Part shown: in pieces, positions 26,399 through 36,301 of the stretch
Layout: each line of letters starts with the position of its first letter
How positions within the stretch are numbered: position 1 is the first letter of the stretch
Assembly: GCA_030745755.1 (NCBI GenBank)
Contig: JASLOA010000034.1
Coordinates: 10,071-74,070, forward strand
DNA from: Kiritimatiellia bacterium
GTDB taxonomy: Bacteria; Verrucomicrobiota; Kiritimatiellia; UBA8416; JABMPJ01
Length of the DNA: 64,000 nt
Direction: 5' to 3'
The notes under the pieces: generated by a model
Told to the model about the DNA's origin: nothing
Seen by the model: the letters and a program-made list of their open reading frames with translations, nothing else
Database searches by the model: none
Program-made: the position numbers and the translations under genes

Positions 26399-27655
26399 AT
26401 GAGCGATCTCTTCGAGCGAGCGCAACGTGTGATTCCTGGTGGGGTGAACAGTCCTGTACGGGCCTTCAACGCCGTAGGGGGAGACCCTATATATGTTGTA
26501 AAAGGCGAGGGAACTCGACTAACCACCACTGATGGACGTGAGTTGCTTGATTTCTGTGGGTCGTGGGGGCCGTTGGTGCTGGGGCACAGCCATCCGAAGG
26601 TGATTGCCGCCATCCAGAAAGCTGTAGCCGATGGAACATCATTCGGCATCAATACGCCCCGCGAAGTAGAGTTTGCCGAACTGCTGTGCGGGATGGCGGG
26701 TATTGACAAGGTGCGACTGGTCAACTCCGGTACCGAGGCGACGATGACGGCCATCCGCCTGGCACGCGGCGCGACCGGTCGCTCCAAGATCATCAAGTTC
26801 GCGGGCTGCTATCACGGTCACAGCGATGGTCTACTCGTCGCGGCCGGTAGCGGGCTCATGACCGGCGGCGTAACCTCGTCGGCGGGCGTTCCCGAGTCGG
26901 TAGCCGCCGACGTGTTTCTTCCCGAGTACAACGACCTGGCGGCCGTTAACGAGATCGTAGATGCACGTGGTGACGAGTTGGCCGCGATTATCCTCGAACC
27001 GATCGCCGCCAACATGGGGCTTGTGCCGCCGGATGAGGGGTTCCTGGCCGGATTGCGTGAGGCGGCCGACCGGTGCGGGGCGGTATTGATCTTCGATGAA
27101 GTCATCACCGGTTTCCGACTCGGCCCCTGCACATATGCGCAGCAGTGTGGCGTACAACCCGACCTCGTCACGCTCGGCAAGATCATCGGCGGCGGCCTGC
27201 CGATCGGTGCGGTGGGTGGCAAAGCCGCTGTGATGGATAACCTGGCGCCACTGGGCGAGGTCTACCAGGCCGGAACCCTGAGTGGCAACCCCGTGGCCGT
27301 GGCGGCGGGGCTGACCACACTGCAGTTGCTGGCTGCTGAGCCGCCCTACGAGGGTATGGCCGCGCTGGCCGGGCGGCTGGCCGCCGAGACGAACGACCGC
27401 GCCGTTGATGCTGGTGCACCGCTGAGAGTCAGAGCCCTGGGCAGTATGTTTACGCCGTTCTTCTGCGAAAGCCCCATCCGCAACTACACCGACGCCAAGA
27501 GATGCGACACGAAGCAACACGCCGCCTTCTTCCATGCCATGCTCGATGCCGGCATCTACCTGCCGCCCAGCCAGTTCGAAGTCGGGTTTGTCTCCGCCGC
27601 GCACACCGAAGCTGACGTCGACCAATTTGTCGAGGCGGCTGCGTCCGCGTTGTGA
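26399..27655 (+). CDS. hemL: glutamate-1-semialdehyde 2,1-aminomutase
   Basis: IPGGVNSPVRAF, NSGTEATM, GCYHGH, FDEVITGFR, GKIIGGGLP and YQAGTLSGNP. Confidence 0.97.
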   Translation: MSDLFERAQRVIPGGVNSPVRAFNAVGGDPIYVVKGEGTRLTTTDGRELLDFCGSWGPLVLGHSHPKVIAAIQKAVADGTSFGINTPREVEFAELLCGMAGIDKVRLVNSGTEATMTAIRLARGATGRSKIIKFAGCYHGHSDGLLVAAGSGLMTGGVTSSAGVPESVAADVFLPEYNDLAAVNEIVDARGDELAAIILEPIAANMGLVPPDEGFLAGLREAADRCGAVLIFDEVITGFRLGPCTYAQQCGVQPDLVTLGKIIGGGLPIGAVGGKAAVMDNLAPLGEVYQAGTLSGNPVAVAAGLTTLQLLAAEPPYEGMAALAGRLAAETNDRAVDAGAPLRVRALGSMFTPFFCESPIRNYTDAKRCDTKQHAAFFHAMLDAGIYLPPSQFEVGFVSAAHTEADVDQFVEAAASAL

Positions 27656-27693
27656 TTGCATCGGCTGTGGGGGGAGGGTAGTATCCGGGCCGT

Positions 27694-29115
27694 ATGGGTA
27701 AACGGGACACATCGGATGTAGTGGACAGCCTCGTGGCGGTGGTGGCGGATGCCGTCGCCGTCGTGCTGGGGATGTACCTGGCGGTATGGGTGCGTTTCGA
27801 CAGCGGCTGGCTGCCGATTCCCTTTGGCCGACATCCCGACATCTACATGGAGTATACCAGCGGCATCCTGTTGGTGGTGCCCATCTACCTGCTGATCTTC
27901 CGCTCGCTGGGGCTCTACGTTCGTCCGCAGATCGGCCGGTTCGAGGATAAGATCCCGCGCCTGGTGCGCGCATCCGGTCTCTGCCTGGTGGCCGCGATGG
28001 TGCTTGCGTTTGTGTTCAAGAACATCGTGGAGTACTCCACGATGGCCATCTTTGCTTCGGTGGCCACGGTCACGCTGCTGGTCGTGCTGGAGCGCTATGT
28101 TCTGTTCCGGCTCGAGCTGCACTATGCCCGGCACAGCACTGCCATCAACCGGGTTTTGATACTGGGAACCGACCCCGTGGCGGCCCATCTGAAACGGTCG
28201 CTGGAGAACGAGCCGAAGCTCCGCTCCCGCGTGGTGGGTTTTCTGCGCACGGATCTCTCCGAACCGGACGCCGATATACCGCGTGACCTGGTGAAGGGAA
28301 CCATCGACGAGCTGGCCGCGGTCGCGCTGCTGGAAGAGGAAGATAAGGTGGACCAGATCATTCTGACCAACTCGGTGATTGGACACCAACGCATTGTCGA
28401 TATCATCCTGTTCTGCGAGCGCGAGCTGATCCGCTTCAACATGGTTCCCGACCTGTTTCGTATTCTGACGAGCAACATGGATATGCAATCGGTCGATGAT
28501 ATCCCCATGCTGGGCATCAGTCAGTGGCCGTTGGATCACTTCTGGAAAAGGGTCCTCAAGCGAAGCGAGGATATCATCGGCTCCCTGCTGGGCCTTCTCG
28601 TCTCCGCTCCCGTGATAGCCATCGCCGCCGTGCTGATTAGGCGGGAGTCCCCCGGTCCGATCTTCTATGCCCAGGAACGCTGTGGCGAGAAGGGGGAGCC
28701 TTTTCCGATCTACAAGCTGAGAACGATGCGGACGGACGCGGAGTCGGAGAGTGGCCCGGTCTTCACGGCCGAGGAAGACCCGCGTGTGACGCGCATCGGG
28801 CGGTTCCTGCGGCGTCACAACCTCGACGAGTTGCCGCAGTTCTGGAACGTGCTTCGCGGCGAGATGAGCCTGGTAGGCCCCCGCCCCGAGCGGCCCCATT
28901 TTGTGGAGAAGTTCAAGGAAGACATCGGTCGCTACATGTGGCGTCATGTGTCGAAGCCCGGCGTGACCGGTTGGGCCCAGGTGAACGGGCTGCGGGGCAA
29001 TACTAGCATTGAGGAACGAATCAAGTACGACCTCTACTATCTCGAGAACTGGTCGCTATCGCTTGATTTCAAGATCCTGGTGAAGACGTTTATGGCGCGC
29101 GAGAATGCGTATTGA
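27694..29115 (+). CDS. undecaprenyl-phosphate glucose phosphotransferase (WcaJ-like)
   Basis: Four N-terminal TMs; KR..D, YKLRTM, DPRVTRIGRFLR, LDELPQFWNV.GEMSLVGPRPERP and KPGVTGWAQVNG. Confidence 0.93.
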   Translation: MGKRDTSDVVDSLVAVVADAVAVVLGMYLAVWVRFDSGWLPIPFGRHPDIYMEYTSGILLVVPIYLLIFRSLGLYVRPQIGRFEDKIPRLVRASGLCLVAAMVLAFVFKNIVEYSTMAIFASVATVTLLVVLERYVLFRLELHYARHSTAINRVLILGTDPVAAHLKRSLENEPKLRSRVVGFLRTDLSEPDADIPRDLVKGTIDELAAVALLEEEDKVDQIILTNSVIGHQRIVDIILFCERELIRFNMVPDLFRILTSNMDMQSVDDIPMLGISQWPLDHFWKRVLKRSEDIIGSLLGLLVSAPVIAIAAVLIRRESPGPIFYAQERCGEKGEPFPIYKLRTMRTDAESESGPVFTAEEDPRVTRIGRFLRRHNLDELPQFWNVLRGEMSLVGPRPERPHFVEKFKEDIGRYMWRHVSKPGVTGWAQVNGLRGNTSIEERIKYDLYYLENWSLSLDFKILVKTFMARENAY

Positions 29116-29134
29116 GAGAGTGTGAGAGTGTGAG

Positions 29135-29611
29135 GTGACTATGCAAGGCGGTTTTTCTGAACTATTCTTCTCGGCCTGTTTCTGGTCGGCGTTTGCCTCA
29201 TGGATGGTGGCCCAGTGCACCAAGATGATCTGCGGATTCCTGGAGACGAAGCGCTTCGACTTCCACTACCTGGTCAGTACGGGCGGCATGCCCAGTGCAC
29301 ACAGTGCCAGCGTAGGCGGGCTGGCGACATCCGTGGGACTACTGGAAGGATTCGGCTCTCCCCTCTTCGTTGTGGCGCTCGGGTTCGCCTTGATCACAAT
29401 GTTCGATGCCTCGACGGTGCGCCGTGCCGCGGGCCTGCAGGCCACCCTGCTCAACCAGATCGTCGACGAGTTGTTCAAGGAGCACCATCTCTCGGAGAAG
29501 AAGCTGGCCGAGTTGCTCGGCCACACTCGGCTGGAGGTGTTCATGGGGGCCACGGTAGGCGTCTTTGTGGGAATGATCGTCACAGTTAGGGCCATGATGA
29601 TGGGCATGTAA
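29135..29611 (+). CDS. divergent PAP2 family protein (DUF212)
   Basis: GGMPSAHSA, DA..VRR.AG.QA..LN and ELLGHT..EV. Confidence 0.9.
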   Translation: MTMQGGFSELFFSACFWSAFASWMVAQCTKMICGFLETKRFDFHYLVSTGGMPSAHSASVGGLATSVGLLEGFGSPLFVVALGFALITMFDASTVRRAAGLQATLLNQIVDELFKEHHLSEKKLAELLGHTRLEVFMGATVGVFVGMIVTVRAMMMGM

Positions 29612-29632
29612 GGATAAAGGAGAGAGACTACC

Positions 29633-30853
29633 TTGAAAGTCAGAGCCTTTAGAGGGGTGCATCCAACGGCAGACGTGGCCGCCCAGGTCGCCAGTGTACC
29701 GTATGATGTAGTAAACGCGGAGGAGGCACGTGAGATGGCTGCGGGGAATCCTCACAGTTTCTTGCACGTGGTCCGGGCCGAGATCGATCTAGCCGAGGAC
29801 GCCGACCATTACTCATCCGAGGTCTATCAGCAGTCGGCCCGTGCCCTGGCCAGGATGCGGGCCGACGGTGTCCTGGTGCAGGACCAGGATCGGCAGTTGT
29901 ACGTCTATGAGCTGACCATGGGGGACCATGCCCAGTGCGGCGTTGTGGCCTGCTGTGCGGTCTCGGACTATGACGACGGTACGATCAAGCGGCACGAGCA
30001 GACGCGTGAGGAGAAGCTGCGCGATCGCGTCACGCTGGTCGATACGCTCGGCGCCAACAGCGGCCCCGTATTTCTGACCTACCGGGATTCGGCCGGTGTC
30101 GACGCCCTGGTTGCCCAGGCGCGTGCGACGGAGCCCTTGATCAGTCTGGAGCGCGAGAACGGCAATCGTCACACGATCTGGACCGTTCCGGTGCCGGCGG
30201 ACATGGAGGCGGCCTTCGCCAGGGTACCGGCGGCCTACATTGCGGACGGGCATCATCGCGCTGCCGCCGCCGCCGAAGTGGCCAAGCTTCGTCGCGACAG
30301 AAATCCAGAGATGGATAATGCCGGAAGCGACTGGTTCCTGACCGTACTCTTTCCTGCCAGCCAGATGCGCATCATGCCCTATAACCGCGTGGTGCATGAT
30401 CTGAACGGCCGCACCTCTGCTGAATTCCTTGAGGCGCTGTCCGGCGTGGGCGACGTGAGTTCGGGGAGCGCCGAGGTGCCGGAGACCCGTGGGAGCGTGG
30501 GCATCTATATCGAAGGACAGTGGCATCGCTTGACCTGGCATGAGGGCGTGGTCGACCCGTCCGATGAAGTGGGACGGCTGGATGTGAGTGTGTTGCAGTC
30601 GCGCGTCCTGGAACCGGTCCTGGGCATAGCCGATCCGCGGCGCGATGAACGTATCGCTTTCGTGGGCGGTATCCGCGGCATCGGTGAGTTGGAGCGGCTG
30701 GTGGATGGCGGGGAGGCGGCCGTGGCGTTTGCGATGCATCCGGTAGAGGTCGAAGATCTTATCGCGGTCTCAGACGCCGAACGCCTGATGCCCCCCAAGA
30801 GCACCTGGTTTGAACCGAAGTTGCTTTCAGGTCTTCTTGTCCATGTGTTCTGA
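29633..30853 (+). CDS. DUF1015 family protein
   Basis: PYDV, IKRHEQT, YIADGHHR and MPPKSTWFEPK. Confidence 0.9.
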   Translation: MKVRAFRGVHPTADVAAQVASVPYDVVNAEEAREMAAGNPHSFLHVVRAEIDLAEDADHYSSEVYQQSARALARMRADGVLVQDQDRQLYVYELTMGDHAQCGVVACCAVSDYDDGTIKRHEQTREEKLRDRVTLVDTLGANSGPVFLTYRDSAGVDALVAQARATEPLISLERENGNRHTIWTVPVPADMEAAFARVPAAYIADGHHRAAAAAEVAKLRRDRNPEMDNAGSDWFLTVLFPASQMRIMPYNRVVHDLNGRTSAEFLEALSGVGDVSSGSAEVPETRGSVGIYIEGQWHRLTWHEGVVDPSDEVGRLDVSVLQSRVLEPVLGIADPRRDERIAFVGGIRGIGELERLVDGGEAAVAFAMHPVEVEDLIAVSDAERLMPPKSTWFEPKLLSGLLVHVF

Positions 30854-30860
30854 CCTTTTC

Positions 30861-31080
30861 GACAGGTCCCCGCGACCTTGGTCGTAGGAACCGGTGCATT
30901 CGGAGTTGCTGGTCTATGTGTTCTAGGTTTTTGGATAGGTCCCCCGCGACCTCGGTCGCGGGAACCGCTGCATTCGGAGTTGCTGGTCTATGTATTCTAG
31001 GTTTTTGGACAGGTCCCCCGCGACCTTGGTCGTGGGAACCGGAGATCTCAGATTCCCGCGACCCAAGGTCGCGGGGGGCA
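30861..31080. repeat. tandem array of ~73-bp hairpin-containing units with an inverted terminal arm (BIME-like)
   Basis: Units start at 30861, 30934 and 31008, each with CCCGCGACC(t/c)GGTCG(t/c)(a/g)GG; linkers nearly identical. Confidence 0.85.
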
Positions 31081-31141
31081 TTCCCCATTCGTGTTGATTC
31101 GCCGTTCTTGAAAAACCCAGCGGAAGTGGTAGGTTAGTTCT

Positions 31142-32908
31142 GTGATACATCCTGAATCAGAGTGGAGTTATGCGGGTCCGCGGGCACACCATGTCATCGC
31201 GGCATCGCTGGCGTGTGTCCTGTCCGTGCTCGTGCATGTGGGGCTACTGATTGGTATTCTGACGCTCGACATCCCGCTGCCCGGCATGTTGAGCAATATC
31301 CGGCTGCCCGAGCGGTTGCGCCCCATGAAGATGGGTGACGTACGACGTGCGCCTGAGTCGCCCATGGATGCGGCGGAAGACAGCCCGAAGCCGACCATCG
31401 AGGATGTCGTGGACACCGCCGAGAAATTGGGGGTACCGGTCCCGGCTTCGCTACTGGCCCCGCCGGCCGCTCCTGTCGGTGGTACCGGGACCGAAACGCC
31501 CAACCTGGCCGAGCCCGAGCTACCCGCTCCGCCCGAGGTGTGGCAGCCGCGCCAGGAGATCGTGGCCATCGAGAAGACGGTCTCCAAGCTGGATGTAACA
31601 CCCATTGACCGCATCACGATTCCTGCCCTCGAGCGCACCATCGCCGCGCCCGACATTGCGTTGCCGGTTCAACGCTCGCTGGCCGCTCCGCCGCCCCTGC
31701 AGAGCGATGGGCCGGGCAAGCAGGCCCTGTCAAGGACTCCCGCCAGCGACAGTATTGTGCTGCCGGCCCCTCTGCAGGATATTGAACAGCCCCGCCCGGC
31801 CGCCGTTCCAAGCGACGCCGTTGTGGAGGAGGGGACCGAGCTGTTCAAAGAGACGCTGGAAGAGATTACCCCGTTGAAGCCTATCGAGCGGGTGCTGGCG
31901 GCGCAGGCGACCACGTACGAAAGCCGCTGGGACCGGAGATATGGCTACTTCAAAGTTGAGATCACCGGGCTCGGCCCCGATGTGCTCCCGGTTATGCCCA
32001 AGGACGTGATTCTCATGCAGGACTGTTCCGCAAGTATGGCGGAGCAGCGGCTCTTCTTCTGCAGGCAAGGCATCAATGCTTGCCTGGAGTTCCTCGGCGA
32101 CGATGACCGTTTTGAGATTATCGCGTTTCGGCAGAAGGCAGATCGTTGTTTCGGGGCACTGGTGGACAACGAGGCATCGAATGTCGCCAAGGCGCGTGAG
32201 TTCATCAAGGGCATGCGTCCCGGGGGCAACACAGATATCCTTAACTCCATTCGTGAGCTGGTGGCGCTGCCACGTGAAGCCGGTAGGCCGATCGTCGTGC
32301 TGATCGTAACCGACGGGCTGGCGACAGCCGGGCAGACCGGAAGCTCCGGTATCATTGGCGAGTTCAGCCAGATGAATGACGGTATGCTGTCGATCTACAC
32401 AATCGGCACCGTGCAAACGGCTGACGAGTACCTGCTTGACCTCCTGAGCTACAGCAATCGCGGCGAAGTCATCCCGCTGGGCAGTGGGCGTTGGAGCATT
32501 CCCGGCTCCATTCGTGATGCGATGGATAAGATCAGTCGCCCCGTGCTCGCCAACGTTGATTTCCGGTTTCCTGTCGGAGCAAAGTGTGAGGTCTACCCGG
32601 TCCAAACCAGCAACCTCTACCTTGATCGGCCACTGGTGCTGTACGGGCGCTACCCACGCGGTGAAGAGCGCGTGACGTTTCAGGCTGTTGGGGAAGGCAG
32701 CACCGCCAAGTCCGATATGCTCTTCGATGTCCCGCTGGCTGAAGGTGTCGGCAGTGGCGACAAGACGCTGCGCAGTGAGTGGGCCAAACAGAAAGTCTAC
32801 CACCTCATAGGCCAGTATGCCCGCCGCCAGGACCCCGATACCCTCCGCGACATCCGCGACACCGCCCGCGAATACAAGGTCAACGTTCCACACCGGGGGC
32901 GGTTTTGA
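31142..32908 (+). CDS. membrane-anchored Pro-rich protein with VWA domain
   Basis: SVLVH TM anchor, Pro-rich linker, MIDAS DCSAS, GGNTDI and VTDG. Confidence 0.82.
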   Translation: MIHPESEWSYAGPRAHHVIAASLACVLSVLVHVGLLIGILTLDIPLPGMLSNIRLPERLRPMKMGDVRRAPESPMDAAEDSPKPTIEDVVDTAEKLGVPVPASLLAPPAAPVGGTGTETPNLAEPELPAPPEVWQPRQEIVAIEKTVSKLDVTPIDRITIPALERTIAAPDIALPVQRSLAAPPPLQSDGPGKQALSRTPASDSIVLPAPLQDIEQPRPAAVPSDAVVEEGTELFKETLEEITPLKPIERVLAAQATTYESRWDRRYGYFKVEITGLGPDVLPVMPKDVILMQDCSASMAEQRLFFCRQGINACLEFLGDDDRFEIIAFRQKADRCFGALVDNEASNVAKAREFIKGMRPGGNTDILNSIRELVALPREAGRPIVVLIVTDGLATAGQTGSSGIIGEFSQMNDGMLSIYTIGTVQTADEYLLDLLSYSNRGEVIPLGSGRWSIPGSIRDAMDKISRPVLANVDFRFPVGAKCEVYPVQTSNLYLDRPLVLYGRYPRGEERVTFQAVGEGSTAKSDMLFDVPLAEGVGSGDKTLRSEWAKQKVYHLIGQYARRQDPDTLRDIRDTAREYKVNVPHRGRF

Positions 32909-33040
32909 GGAAACAGTCTGTAGTGCCCCGTGCGGGCCGGCGGCTCATTGCTTGTGTCACCAAAACGCTAGACTGCTGGCCGCGTGTAGCCTACACTCTG
33001 TGATTAATTGTTGATCGTAGCGAATCGGGGAGGTCGAATC

Positions 33041-34762
33041 TTGGACATTGAGAAGATGCGCCATAGTGCGGCGCATGTGATGGCGGCGGCTGTGTGTCGT
33101 TTGTATGACGGGGTGAAGCTGGATATCGGCCCCGCCACAGGCGACGGATTCTACTACGATTTCGATCTTTCCGATCGGCTCTCTCCCGAGGACTTTTCGG
33201 CTATTGAGGCCGAGATGGCCAAAATCGTTGCGGAGAAACTCCCTTTCGAGCAGCTCGAGATGTCGCGCGAAGAAGCCGAGAAGTGGCTTAGTGAGCGGGA
33301 TCAGACCTTCAAACTCGAGCGCCTGGCCGCCATTCCGGAAGGTGAGGCTATTACCTTCTATAAGTGCGGCGACTTCATGGACCTCTGTCGGGGACCGCAT
33401 GTTGAGACCACCGGTGACGTCCGGGCTTTCAAGCTGACCTCGGTGGCGGGTTCCTACTTCCACGGCATTGAGACCAATCCGATGCTGCAGCGCGTCTACG
33501 GAATCGCGGCAGAGTCGCCCAAGGCGATTCGGGCCATCCTGAAGCAGATCGAAGAAGCCGCCAAACGCGATCACCGCAAGCTGGGCAAGGAGCTGGATCT
33601 CTTCAGCACCAGCGAGGACGTTGGCCCGGGCCTCACGCATTGGCATGCCAAGGGCGCACGCATCCGCTCTGCCATCGAGGATTTCTGGCGCCGCGAGCAC
33701 TATCGCGGTGGCTACGAGCTGGTCTACACCCCGCATATCGGACGCAGCATCCTGTGGGAGCGTTCGGGGCACCTGGAGTTCTACGGCGAGAACATGTATG
33801 CGCCGATGGATATCGACGGCAGCGACTACTACGTCAGGCCGATGAACTGCCCGTTCCATATCCAGATCTACAAGACGCAGAAACGCTCGTATCGTGAACT
33901 GCCGATGCGCATGGCTGAGCTGGGTACGGTTTATCGCTATGAGAAGAGCGGGGTCCTGCACGGTCTGCTGCGCGTGCGCGGCTTCACGCAGGACGATGCG
34001 CACATCTTCTGTACGGCGGAGCAGATGAAGGACGAGGTGGCCTACACCGTGCGCTTCGCGCTCCGTATTCTAGGCGCTTTCGGGTTCAGCGATGTCTCAG
34101 CCTATCTCGCCACGCGGCCCGCCAAGGCGGTCGGCGAAGAGGCGCGTTGGACGGCGGCAACGGAATCGCTGGAGGAGGCGCTCAAGGCCGAAGGGATTGC
34201 CTACGAGACGGATGACGGTGGCGGGGCGTTCTATGGCCCCAAGATCGATCTCAAGATCAAGGATGCGATCGGACGTGAGTGGCAGCTCTCGACTATCCAA
34301 TTCGATTTCAACCTGCCGGAACGGTTTGACCTGACCTATGTGGGCGACGATGGAGCCGAGCATCGGCCCTACATGGTGCATCGTGCGCTGCTGGGCAGTC
34401 TCGAGCGGTTCTTCGGCATACTGGTGGAGCATTACGGCGGGGCCTTCCCGCTCTGGCTGGCGCCGGAGCAGGTGCGGGTTATTCCGTTGACCGAGAAAGA
34501 ACTGGCCTATGCCCGGGAGGTGCATGACCGACTGCGCGCCGAGGATTTTCGGGTTTCCCTGGACGAGAAGTCCGAGCGTATGGGCGCCAAGATCCGCCGG
34601 GCCCAGAACGAGAAGATCCCCTACATGGTGATCGTAGGTCCCAAGGAGATGGAAGCGGGGACGGTCGCCGTGCGCCACCGTAAGGAAGGCGACACCGGCG
34701 CCGTGCCGTTGGATGATTTGATCGCGAGCCTTAACGAGGAACGTAAGGCCGGACAACAGTAA
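33041..34762 (+). CDS. thrS: threonine--tRNA ligase
   Basis: RHSAAH, DLCRGPHV, RDHRKLG, PMNCP, GAFYGPKID and HRALLGSLERF. TTG start at 33041 after GGGAGG. Confidence 0.97.
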   Translation: MDIEKMRHSAAHVMAAAVCRLYDGVKLDIGPATGDGFYYDFDLSDRLSPEDFSAIEAEMAKIVAEKLPFEQLEMSREEAEKWLSERDQTFKLERLAAIPEGEAITFYKCGDFMDLCRGPHVETTGDVRAFKLTSVAGSYFHGIETNPMLQRVYGIAAESPKAIRAILKQIEEAAKRDHRKLGKELDLFSTSEDVGPGLTHWHAKGARIRSAIEDFWRREHYRGGYELVYTPHIGRSILWERSGHLEFYGENMYAPMDIDGSDYYVRPMNCPFHIQIYKTQKRSYRELPMRMAELGTVYRYEKSGVLHGLLRVRGFTQDDAHIFCTAEQMKDEVAYTVRFALRILGAFGFSDVSAYLATRPAKAVGEEARWTAATESLEEALKAEGIAYETDDGGGAFYGPKIDLKIKDAIGREWQLSTIQFDFNLPERFDLTYVGDDGAEHRPYMVHRALLGSLERFFGILVEHYGGAFPLWLAPEQVRVIPLTEKELAYAREVHDRLRAEDFRVSLDEKSERMGAKIRRAQNEKIPYMVIVGPKEMEAGTVAVRHRKEGDTGAVPLDDLIASLNEERKAGQQ

Positions 34763-34781
34763 ACAGAACAAGGAGGTAGTT

Positions 34782-35354
34782 ATTCGTTCATTTGTGAGAA
34801 GCAACCATCGCATCAGGGTCCCCCGGGTGCGTTGTGTGGCGTCCAATGGTGACATGCTTGGAGTCATGGAAACCCGGCAGGCCATGAAGCTGGCGATCGA
34901 TCAGGGGTTGGACCTGGTTGAGATCTCGCCGAATGCAGATCCGCCGGTGTGCCGAATCATGGATTTCGGTAAGTTCCGGTACGAAGAGAGTATGCGGCAG
35001 AAGAAGGCACGCAAGACACAGTCCAATAAAAGCATGAAGGAAGTTAAGTTCCACGCCAACGTGGGCGAGCACGACTTCCAGACGAAGCTGAACAAAGCCA
35101 AGGGGTTCTTGGAGAAGGGCCACAAGGTGAAGCTGAGCCTGCAATTCCGCGGTCGTGAGAATGCGCACCGGGAGCTGGGGTTCGAGGTCGTTCAGCGTGT
35201 GATCAAGGAATGTGTCGACATCAGTGTCATCGATATGGCGCCCAGGCTCATGGGGCGCAGCATTGTGGCGATGCTCGGTGTCAAGACCACCAAGGGGCAA
35301 AAAGGCAAGACTCCCAAGGGAACGCAGTCCACCCTTCCGAAGAATCCGGAGTGA
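34782..35354 (+). CDS. infC: translation initiation factor IF-3
   Basis: LDLVEISPNADPPVCRIMDFGKFRYE and FRGRE. In-frame ATT at 34782, 5 nt after AGGAGG. Confidence 0.95.
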   Translation: MRSFVRSNHRIRVPRVRCVASNGDMLGVMETRQAMKLAIDQGLDLVEISPNADPPVCRIMDFGKFRYEESMRQKKARKTQSNKSMKEVKFHANVGEHDFQTKLNKAKGFLEKGHKVKLSLQFRGRENAHRELGFEVVQRVIKECVDISVIDMAPRLMGRSIVAMLGVKTTKGQKGKTPKGTQSTLPKNPE

Positions 35355-35467
35355 TTCTTCGAAAAAAGGACTGGACGCGGCACTGCCTTTTCGATAGCTT
35401 CTCGTGCTTTCCACAGGGGAAAACTGTATGCCGACCGCTTGGGTTCAGGCAGTAAGGACAATCACGA

Positions 35468-35659
35468 ATGCCGAAGAAAAAGACAAATAAGGCGGCCGCT
35501 AAGCGTTTCAAGAAGACCGCAACCGGTAAGTTGAAGTATCACAAGGCGGGTTCCGGCCATCTGCTGGCTGGCAAGAGCCGCAAACGCAAACGCTCACTGC
35601 GCAAAGGTGAGACGTTGAGCAAAACCGAGACCAAGCGTGTTGAAGGCATGCTGGCTTAG
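35468..35659 (+). CDS. rpmI: 50S ribosomal protein L35
   Basis: [21 protein letters not shown]; position in the infC-rpmI-rplT operon. Confidence 0.97.
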   Translation: MPKKKTNKAAAKRFKKTATGKLKYHKAGSGHLLAGKSRKRKRSLRKGETLSKTETKRVEGMLA

Positions 35660-35679
35660 ATAGATTTCAGGAGAAGAAG

Positions 35680-36036
35680 ATGCCAAGAGCAACCAATGCA
35701 CCGGCTTCACGCCGCCGCCGTCGCCGTCGCCTCGAGCAGGCTAAGGGATTTCGCGGATCACGCAGTAAGCTGTTCCGCCAGGCCACCGAGGCCGTGGATC
35801 GCGCCATGCGCATGTCCACCACGCACCGCAAGGATCGCAAGCGCACCTACCGCCAACTGTGGATTGCGCGTGTGTCCGCTGCCTGTCGTCAGAACGGTAT
35901 TTCCTATAGCCGCCTGATCGAAGGTCTGACCAAGCAGAAAATCGCGCTCAACCGCAAGATGCTTTCCGAGATCGCCATTCATGATCCTGAAGGCTTTAGC
36001 ACGATCGTTGAGCAGGCCCGTGGTGGCCTGGCCTAA
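35680..36036 (+). CDS. rplT: 50S ribosomal protein L20
   Basis: AKGFRG, RQLWIARV, SYSRLI.GL and LNRKMLSEIA. Confidence 0.97.
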   Translation: MPRATNAPASRRRRRRRLEQAKGFRGSRSKLFRQATEAVDRAMRMSTTHRKDRKRTYRQLWIARVSAACRQNGISYSRLIEGLTKQKIALNRKMLSEIAIHDPEGFSTIVEQARGGLA

Positions 36037-36056
36037 CGAGCCAGACAACCTTTAAG

Positions 36057-36087
36057 CGGCCATCTCTCGGGATGGCCGTTTTTTTTT
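36057..36087 (+). terminator. intrinsic terminator after rplT
   Basis: CGGCCATC-tctcgg-GATGGCCG followed by a T run. Confidence 0.88.
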
Positions 36088-36119
36088 GGCAGACATGGGG
36101 AGCTGATGTGAGGGGGCTT

Positions 36120-36239
36120 GAACCCAGGCATCCTGCCTGGGCTATGATGGAGCACCCCGTTGGGGTGCGGGAAGGAACGACTCGGGAAAGGTCGACCCCA
36201 AAGGGGTCATACATCATAGCCCAGCGAGAATCGCTGGGA
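36120..36239. repeat. multi-hairpin REP-like element, copy 1
   Basis: CCCAGGCA-tcc-TGCCTGGG, GCTATGA...TCATAGC, two CCCC/GGGG hairpins and CCCAGCGA-gaa-TCGCTGGG; also at 37358 and 50803. Confidence 0.85.
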
Positions 36240-36301
36240 TCAGTAGAAGAAGGAAGGACGCCCCCTGATCTTCGCGGTTACGACTACTTGGGAGATGAAA
36301 A

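Noticed and set aside
27556..28947. 463-aa minus-strand ORF, and similar long antisense ORFs at 31730-32893, 32957-34003, 37540-38553 and 62355-63488
   Set aside because: They mirror well-supported plus-strand genes, which is expected in high-GC coding DNA; no motifs.
30861..31080. Possible CRISPR array
   Set aside because: The spacers are near-identical, there are only three units, and no cas genes are present.
36040..36301. T-box or pheM-type attenuator upstream of pheS
   Set aside because: No T-box consensus or Phe-rich leader peptide found; the space is explained by the rplT terminator and a repeat that also occurs elsewhere.
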